A DNA stretch of 64,000 bases from Candidatus Cloacimonadales bacterium (GTDB taxonomy: Bacteria; Cloacimonadota; Cloacimonadia; Cloacimonadales; JAFGVF01), in NCBI GenBank assembly GCA_963662585.1, contig OY759729.1:928001-992000 (forward strand), in the 5' to 3' direction. The notes beneath the pieces were generated by a model. It had not been told where the DNA came from. It saw only the letters and a list, made by a program, of their open reading frames with translations, and searched no databases. Positions 57,031 through 64,000 of the stretch are shown here, in pieces. Position 1 is the stretch's first letter; every line of letters begins with the position of its first letter. The translations under genes and the position numbers were made by a program.

Positions 57031-59043
57031 CTATTTCATAAACAATACTTTTCTAACATCTCTACTTTCTTCATTTTCTAAAACCATATAGTAGATGCCT
57101 GAGCTGACTTTTCTACCACTACTATCTTTTCCATTCCAATTTATTTTAGCCTTCTTGTTAGCTTTTGCAAAAGATTTAACCTCTCTGACTAATTGACCTT
57201 TCAGGTTATATATCTTAATTACTTGATCAGCAGATTTTGATCTAAAGCCAATATTTAAAGAATCATGGAAAGGATTTGGGTAAACAGAAGTAAAGCCGTT
57301 AGCATATTCTACTTCATTATTATCATTTGCAACAACCATGAAATCTAAGGAATAAGTTGGAGTAAAAGCCTCTAACCCTGCTTGATCCTCAGCAAAAATA
57401 CGGTAATTAATAACATTATTTTGATTGGTGGAATAATCGAAATCCCATAAGAGATGATAACTATCATTTCCAATGTTATCAAACTCTAAAGTTTCTTCCA
57501 AGCCATTTACTTCTGTCCATAAATTAACGCTAGATATATCATTGTTAGGGTCAGTTACAGTACATACCACATTAATTGGTAATGATAAAGAATCAAATTC
57601 CGGTAGTGGAGTAAATTCAATAACAGGAGGTAACATTGCACCTGTTTGAGCAGTATAAATAAACTCAAAAGGATCAGCAGCACCGATGTAAGGATAATTT
57701 TCAGAATTTCCTGCTTCATCTGCAGAATGTAAGTAATATTGAATTACTTGATTAGTTGTAAAAGGACCAATCTCAGCACTCCAAGTATTACCATCAACAT
57801 AGTCTAAATTAGTATATTGCCATTCAGTATCATCAATATCTTTATAATATACAAGAGTTGAGTCTGAATAAATTGTTTCTCCACTGAGAGCAGCAATGGA
57901 AGCTTCAATAGTAATTAACTCATCATCTACAGAACCAAATTTTGGATAATGTTGAATAGTTAACATATTTTGGTCAAAGATTTCATGAGTTCTACAATGA
58001 AGGGCATCTGTTGATTCCCAAGGGTTGCTGGTATTGTTGAATACTCCAAAAATTCTGTAGCCTGGCATAGCGTTTTCGTAAGTTTCCAGAGCGTCATCAT
58101 CCCATGAGCTTCCAGTTTGAGGAACAAATACTCTATCATTCAAAATTAGAGAATTAGAATATGGTTGATCATTAGGAGTATAAACTCTAATAACTTGATA
58201 AGGATATCCCCAAGAACAATTTGTTGTAGCAAAAGTATTGGCAACTGCTTCTAGCTCATCATATTGAGAATGAGAAGTAGGAACTTCTCTGATAAGTACT
58301 TTATCAACATCAAGGAATTTTCCCCAGCAATCAACATGGTCAATATAAGTTTCATTAGGGTCTTGAATAACCATATAGTCAGTAATCCCCATATATTGTT
58401 CCATAGTTGTGTTAACTAAAGTCTGATTATTTCCATTTTCAGTATAGGCAATATGCGAAGATGCAGCAATACCATAGCCATCAGTCATAAAGTTTCCACC
58501 TGTCTGCTCAATATTCATTGCATAATAGTTATAGTCATATTCTTGAGCAAATACTTGTGGGAAAAGATTATCATTAGGTCTAGGACGGTTATATTCAAAA
58601 TTTAAAACGCTTACCTCTTGATTACCATCAATAATGAACCAAGAAGAGTAATCTCTTGTCCAATAGGAATCTGTGTTAGCAATAATAAAAGTAAGATTAT
58701 CGTTATTAACTCCAGCAGAATTAAAACTATTCTGAGCTTGAGTTTGTTCCCAACTACTACTTACACTACAAATTACCTCTATTTCTTGAGATAATAAAGC
58801 TACAAAACTTGTTGGAATTCCTAAAGGATACCTAATTACAACAGCAGTAGCTGGTTCGAATTCAGCTAAAGCTCTCACAGGAGCTGCTGGTGGATTAGTT
58901 GGAGTAATTCTTTGATCTAGATCAAAGGTTAATTTGTCTTCATCTGTCCAAACAAACTCATCAATAAATAATTTTTCTGCGAATGTTTGTGTACTGATTA
59001 GCGTTATTAAAAGAAATAATAGACACTTAGTTAATTTTGTCAT
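57031..59043 (-). CDS. Secreted agmatine/peptidylarginine deiminase-family protein with CTD
   Basis: AEFEP, WTRDY, GGNFMTDG, HVDCW, LHCRT catalytic motifs; signal peptide; YPNPF CTD. Confidence 0.88.
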   Translation of the reverse strand: MTKLTKCLLFLLITLISTQTFAEKLFIDEFVWTDEDKLTFDLDQRITPTNPPAAPVRALAEFEPATAVVIRYPLGIPTSFVALLSQEIEVICSVSSSWEQTQAQNSFNSAGVNNDNLTFIIANTDSYWTRDYSSWFIIDGNQEVSVLNFEYNRPRPNDNLFPQVFAQEYDYNYYAMNIEQTGGNFMTDGYGIAASSHIAYTENGNNQTLVNTTMEQYMGITDYMVIQDPNETYIDHVDCWGKFLDVDKVLIREVPTSHSQYDELEAVANTFATTNCSWGYPYQVIRVYTPNDQPYSNSLILNDRVFVPQTGSSWDDDALETYENAMPGYRIFGVFNNTSNPWESTDALHCRTHEIFDQNMLTIQHYPKFGSVDDELITIEASIAALSGETIYSDSTLVYYKDIDDTEWQYTNLDYVDGNTWSAEIGPFTTNQVIQYYLHSADEAGNSENYPYIGAADPFEFIYTAQTGAMLPPVIEFTPLPEFDSLSLPINVVCTVTDPNNDISSVNLWTEVNGLEETLEFDNIGNDSYHLLWDFDYSTNQNNVINYRIFAEDQAGLEAFTPTYSLDFMVVANDNNEVEYANGFTSVYPNPFHDSLNIGFRSKSADQVIKIYNLKGQLVREVKSFAKANKKAKINWNGKDSSGRKVSSGIYYMVLENEESRDVRKVLFMK

Positions 59044-59296
59044 GTTTTTGTTCCCCTATATAAATAAATCATCTAATTGACATAAGATTAAGGGATTAAG
59101 TAATAAAGCCCTACGATTCTGTCTTGATACTACTCATATAAAATAGGTAAAGTGTCAAGAATATTTTTTTTAGGGGGGGGAAAGAATGTCCTCAGTCTGA
59201 CAATAGAGCTTTTCTTCTATTCTTTAGAGGGGCGAAAAATGTTTCGCCCCTACATTAGTGAAATTAGTGAAAGTTTTTTTTCTGAATTCTTAATAA

Positions 59297-61003
59297 TTAT
59301 TTGTTCTTTATCTTTGACCAAGCATCTTTAAGAGTAACAGTTCTGTTAAATACAGGTTTCTCTGGAGTAGAGTATTTAGAATCTAAAAAGAAGTAACCGA
59401 TTCTTTCGAATTGATAATTTACTCCAACTTTTGCTTTAGCTAATTCAGGTTCAACAAAACAGTTAGTTTTTATCTCTAAAGATTCAGGGTTTAAATAATC
59501 CAAGAATGTCTTATCTCCGTCTTTTTTGTTAGGATTTTCTTCCATGAAGAGGGAGTTATATTCTCTTACTTGAACTTGAGTTGCATGTTTTATAGAAAGC
59601 CAATGCATTGTTGCTTTAACTTTTCTGCCATCAGGAGCATTTCCGCCTTTAGTTTCAGGATCAAAAGTACAGTGCAATTCAATAATATTGCCGGCATCAT
59701 CCTTAATAACATCAGTACAAGTGATGAAATATGCGTAGCGAAGTCTCACTTCCCTTCCTTGTGATAATCTAAAGAATTTTTTAGGTGCATCTTCCATAAA
59801 GTCATCTTGTTCAATATATAATTCTCTTGAGAAAGGAACTAATCTTGTACCATCTTCTGGTTTCTCAGGATTATTTACAGCTTCTAACCACTCTTCTTTA
59901 TCTTCAGGATAATTAGTAATTACAACTTTTAAAGGATTAATTATTCCCATCATACGGAGAGCATTTTTATTAAGATCTTGTCTAACATGATACTCTAACA
60001 GAGCCATTTCTACAGTTGATTCTCTTTTAGCTAATCCAACCCCTTCACAAAAGTTACGAATAGATTGAGGAGTATATCCTCTTCTTCTCATTCCGCAGAT
60101 AGTAGGCATGCGTGGGTCATCCCAGCCATCAACTATCTTCTCATCAACTAGCTCTTTAAGTTTCCTTTTACTAGTTACAGTGTGAGTAATGTTCAATCTG
60201 GCAAACTCAATTTGTTGTGGATGATAAATTTCTAAGGCATCTAAGAACCAATCATAAAGTGCTCTATTATTCTGAAACTCCAAAGTACAGAGTGAGTGGG
60301 TAATACCTTCAAGTGAATCTTCCAAGCAATGAGCAAAATCATACATAGGATAGATGTGCCATTTATTGCCTGTTTGGTGATGATGAGCATGCCTGATACG
60401 ATAAATAAGAGGATCTCTCATCTTCATATTAGGGTGAGACATATCTATTTTAGCTCTCAAGGTATAAGCACCTTCAGCAAATTCACCCTCTTTCATTCTT
60501 TCTAAGAGATCTAAACTCTCTTCAATAGTTCTTTCTCTATCTGGAGAAGCTTTTCCTGCTTCTGTAACACTACCACGATATTCTCTAATTTGGTCTAAGG
60601 ATAAAGAACACACGAAAGCTAAGCCTTTCTTGATTAGTTGTTGAGCATATTCATAGAATTTATCAAAATATTGAGAAGCGTAATAGAGCCGATCATCCCA
60701 ATCATAGCCTAACCATTTAATATCTGCTTGAATTGAGTCAACATACTCCACATCTTCTGTTGTAGGATTTGTGTCATCAAAACGGAGATTGGTAAGTCCA
60801 TTATAATCTTTAGCAATGCCAAAATCTACAACAATAGCCTTGGCATGACCAATATGAAGATAACCATTAGGCTCAGGGGGAAATCTAGTGTGTACTCTTC
60901 CATCATACTTGCCACTTTCGTTATCTTTATCAATAATTTGTCTGATAAAATCTTTTGATTCACTCTTAGTTGTTAGTTCAACCTCTTCATTTTTACTAAT
61001 CAT
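59297..61003 (-). CDS. glnS: Glutamine--tRNA ligase
   Basis: TRFPPEPNGYLHIGHAK, YPMYDFAH, SKRKL, QFERIGYF. Confidence 0.97.
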   Translation of the reverse strand: MISKNEEVELTTKSESKDFIRQIIDKDNESGKYDGRVHTRFPPEPNGYLHIGHAKAIVVDFGIAKDYNGLTNLRFDDTNPTTEDVEYVDSIQADIKWLGYDWDDRLYYASQYFDKFYEYAQQLIKKGLAFVCSLSLDQIREYRGSVTEAGKASPDRERTIEESLDLLERMKEGEFAEGAYTLRAKIDMSHPNMKMRDPLIYRIRHAHHHQTGNKWHIYPMYDFAHCLEDSLEGITHSLCTLEFQNNRALYDWFLDALEIYHPQQIEFARLNITHTVTSKRKLKELVDEKIVDGWDDPRMPTICGMRRRGYTPQSIRNFCEGVGLAKRESTVEMALLEYHVRQDLNKNALRMMGIINPLKVVITNYPEDKEEWLEAVNNPEKPEDGTRLVPFSRELYIEQDDFMEDAPKKFFRLSQGREVRLRYAYFITCTDVIKDDAGNIIELHCTFDPETKGGNAPDGRKVKATMHWLSIKHATQVQVREYNSLFMEENPNKKDGDKTFLDYLNPESLEIKTNCFVEPELAKAKVGVNYQFERIGYFFLDSKYSTPEKPVFNRTVTLKDAWSKIKNK

Positions 61004-61247
61004 AGCTATTTACATCCTTTATCAAATTTACTGAACTAATTTAAATGATTATAAAAAAAGTCAAGGCAAATTTTACTTGAAAGGATTTGTATCAGTTTAA
61101 ATACGGAAGTCCCTGCTGGTAGCTAGCAATAATCCCAGTAGGGGCGAAACATCTTTCGCCCTCCCAAACTAAAAGCCCCACATTTCTGCAGGGCTATATA
61201 TTTGTTTTTATAGGAATGCCTTCAGGGATGAAGGCATTCCCAGTGTT

Positions 61248-64000
61248 TTATTTCATAAGAATCATTTTCTTAGTTGAAGAATATTTACCATTTCTCATTT
61301 TGTAGAAATAAACACCTGAAGCAACGCTTCTATTATTGTCATCTTTACCATTCCATACAACAGTATGGTTTCCTTGAGTTTGATTTGCATTAACCAAACT
61401 TTTCACTTTTTGACCTTTAATATTAAAGATATCAAGAGTAACAAGACTAGCTTCTCTTAAGTTGTAAGAGAGAGTAGTTTCAGGGTTGAATGGGTTTGGA
61501 TAGTTTCCAAGTAATTCAGTAGTTACAACATTAACATTATTGTTGTTACCTGTGCCATTAGGAGCAGTAACTTTGAAGTTATCTAGCATAAACATAAAGG
61601 CATCATTTGAAACACATTGGATAGCGACTCTAATAGTCTGACCTGCATAAGCATCTAGGTTATAGCTATAATCAGTCCATGCTGTTGGAGCACTAACGAA
61701 AGTAGCACCTGAGATAACAGTAAAGTCATTAGGATTAGTTGAACCATTAGAAACTAAGACATTGAATCTTTCTAAGCCATACTGATCAGTAATAGACTTG
61801 GCAGTGAAAGAAACACTAGCAGTTTCATCAATTGCAAAGGCAGGAGTAATCATCCAATCATTATTAGTAGGAGTAGTAGAAGCGAAAGCAGTAACATATT
61901 TATCACCTTCATAAGCACCATAAGCCTCTTCAGTGAGAGCTGGAGTTGTCATTGAAGGATTGAATACGATATATGCTTGAGGAGCTTCAGCATTTTCCCA
62001 AGTAGTATTAGTAATTGAATAAGTACCTGATAAATCTCCATCTATTACAGTCCAAGGTCCGAATTCTAAAGAGAAATCTGCATAAGTTTCGAAACCATCT
62101 TCAATAATAACGGCATTAGGTTCACCGATTGTTACAGTTGCAGTATTTGAAGGAGCTGATTCAACTTCACCATACATTGCTGTAACGAAATAGGTATATA
62201 CACCATCAGCAGTTACAGGGTCTAAGTATCCGATAGCATCTACATCAGCAATCATAACATCATTACGATAAACTTTCCAGCTATCAGGGTTTCTTAATTC
62301 AACAACTCTTGATTCACCGTCAACAGTGATAGTTTCTTCTAGTTCGTTAGTATAAGACTTGCTCATTAGAGAAGCAACAACTGTTTCCCAATTTAGCATT
62401 ACTCCACCCTCAACTACTTCAGCAGTTAAGTTTTCAGGAGGATTAACTCCGTCAAAGATAAGGTCTGTAGCAAATCTAGAAGTAATATAATCACCATCTG
62501 CACGAGCATTTGGAATTGCTATAATATTACCTGTTTCGATAGGAATATCTGATCCAATATAATCAACATCATAGAAGCTAGTTCTAAAGTTGAAGTTATC
62601 AGTACCATCAGTGATAACATAAGTAGTACCATTAGCAAAGGCACCTGCATCATTAAACATAACATTATTAAGTTTAACAACTCTTGATTCATATGAATCA
62701 AAGTCAGTCATTAATTCAGAAATTGTTACTTCTACTGGAGTTACTATGTTGCCAGTTGATGAGGCTGCAGGACCTGCTTGAGTAGGAACAAACTGAGTCA
62801 TGTTACCATAAACACTTATAGTACCCTGTAAGCCTGTAACAGCATCACCGACTACATAAGCAGTAGCAATAACATTGTTCATATCATCAATTAAGATACC
62901 AGCAGTATCATCTTGGATATATTTTTGATATCTGAAGTCTTGAGTGAAAGTAACAATTACTTCAGCATTTAAGTTATAGATAGTACCATCAGTAGCTCCA
63001 GCTCTTAAATCAGCAACACTTGCAACATCTACTATTGAAATAATAGTATAGTTTGCAGTAGCTATGTAAGAAGGATCCATACCATCAGCATAAGCTCTAG
63101 CTTTAACTGTAGTAGTAACTGCGATATCTATTGCAGCTGTATATTCTGTGGAAGCCATTGTAGGTTCTGTACCATCTAAAGTATAATAGATAGTTGCACC
63201 TTCAGTTTCAGAAGTCATAGTAACACTAATTGGGTCATTATAAGTTCCTGAAGCAGGGTTGAATACAGGAGTAGCAGTATTATTACCTGCAGTTCCACCT
63301 GTAAATTCATGTGCACCAATATAGCTTAATTCATCAATATCATACACAATCCATTCAGAATCATCAGCATTGGTGCCAGCAGAAGCAGCCCAATCTGTAT
63401 TACCAACAACAACTGTTGGTTTTCTGATTAAAGTATGATTTAAGGTTGCCCCTTCTACTCCAGCAACATCCCAAGCAGTTCCAGGATCAGTTTGATAAAC
63501 ACCTATAGCATCAATCAATACTTCATTTAAGAAGAGCCCAATTGCGTCATTACCATTAAAGTAGGTAACAGCACTTGTTGCATCGGAGGCATTCAATATA
63601 GCAGCTACTGAACCAGAATTCGCGATTACAAAAACATCACCATCAGCTAAAGTACCTTCTAAATTAATTTCGTTATTCCAATCACCACCATTTGATGCAG
63701 ATTTAACTACATAAGGTGTTAAGTCAACAGGCATACCTGTACCATTGAAAATTTCGATAGCTTTATTACTTGAAGAACCTTCTATATATTCAGAGATGAA
63801 TAAATCTTCTGCATCACCTGTAGTCTCACCAATATGAGCCATGACAGTGTTAGATGGAAGAGATTCGTCAGTTCCGTAGATTGCAGTAACATAATAAGTA
63901 TAATCTCCATCAGCTAAATCTTCATCAGTGTAAGTTAAAACAGCTGGAGTTGTTTGAGCTAAGAAGGCATCATCTTTATATACTTTATAAGCAGTTAAGT
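61248..64000 (-). CDS. Large secreted protein (FN3, lamin-tail, CHB_HEX_C-like, cleaved-adhesin-like, CTD), 5' end outside window
   Basis: Frame stays open past 63842 to the edge (LTAYKVYKDD...YYVTAIYG); LFISEYIEGSS, IYYTLDGTEP, NNDWMITP, NYPNPFNPET. Confidence 0.85.
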   Translation of the reverse strand, partial: LTAYKVYKDDAFLAQTTPAVLTYTDEDLADGDYTYYVTAIYGTDESLPSNTVMAHIGETTGDAEDLFISEYIEGSSSNKAIEIFNGTGMPVDLTPYVVKSASNGGDWNNEINLEGTLADGDVFVIANSGSVAAILNASDATSAVTYFNGNDAIGLFLNEVLIDAIGVYQTDPGTAWDVAGVEGATLNHTLIRKPTVVVGNTDWAASAGTNADDSEWIVYDIDELSYIGAHEFTGGTAGNNTATPVFNPASGTYNDPISVTMTSETEGATIYYTLDGTEPTMASTEYTAAIDIAVTTTVKARAYADGMDPSYIATANYTIISIVDVASVADLRAGATDGTIYNLNAEVIVTFTQDFRYQKYIQDDTAGILIDDMNNVIATAYVVGDAVTGLQGTISVYGNMTQFVPTQAGPAASSTGNIVTPVEVTISELMTDFDSYESRVVKLNNVMFNDAGAFANGTTYVITDGTDNFNFRTSFYDVDYIGSDIPIETGNIIAIPNARADGDYITSRFATDLIFDGVNPPENLTAEVVEGGVMLNWETVVASLMSKSYTNELEETITVDGESRVVELRNPDSWKVYRNDVMIADVDAIGYLDPVTADGVYTYFVTAMYGEVESAPSNTATVTIGEPNAVIIEDGFETYADFSLEFGPWTVIDGDLSGTYSITNTTWENAEAPQAYIVFNPSMTTPALTEEAYGAYEGDKYVTAFASTTPTNNDWMITPAFAIDETASVSFTAKSITDQYGLERFNVLVSNGSTNPNDFTVISGATFVSAPTAWTDYSYNLDAYAGQTIRVAIQCVSNDAFMFMLDNFKVTAPNGTGNNNNVNVVTTELLGNYPNPFNPETTLSYNLREASLVTLDIFNIKGQKVKSLVNANQTQGNHTVVWNGKDDNNRSVASGVYFYKMRNGKYSSTKKMILMK

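Overview
AT-rich bacterial chromosome segment, most likely Candidatus Cloacimonadota (inferred from many large secreted proteins ending in an 'NYPNPFNPET...YNIKGQ.VKTL...KKMILMK' FlgD-Ig/T9SS-like C-terminal domain, CTD). Core genes: 3' part of queH, a pyrB-pyrC-pyrK-pyrD operon with a PyrR-type leader hairpin, rpmH-rnpA-yidD-yidC-jag (no adjacent dnaA), malQ and glnS. Accessory genes: three C25 gingipain-family proteins, a tandem pair of secreted repeat proteins, a secreted agmatine/peptidylarginine deiminase, a lamin-tail/cleaved-adhesin protein, a selenocysteine peroxiredoxin (PrxU, split in the ORF track at UGA), ovoA behind a GlmL-like fusion, and a two-kinase signalling cluster. The most unusual observations are: a lipoprotein carrying a circularly permuted CTD (body in the middle, 'YPNPFN' strand at the extreme C-terminus); YidC with an inserted CHB_HEX_C/Fn3-associated-like domain; two 1807-aa C25 paralogs that lack the catalytic His; near-identical CTD DNA between otherwise diverged paralogs; a 439-bp MITE with an 8-bp target duplication; a ~31-bp element inserted precisely into loops of REP-like hairpins; and a 4x ~293-bp structured tandem array upstream of rpmH. 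No rRNA, tRNA, CRISPR array or transposase was seen. All family calls come from motif recognition by eye, not database searches.
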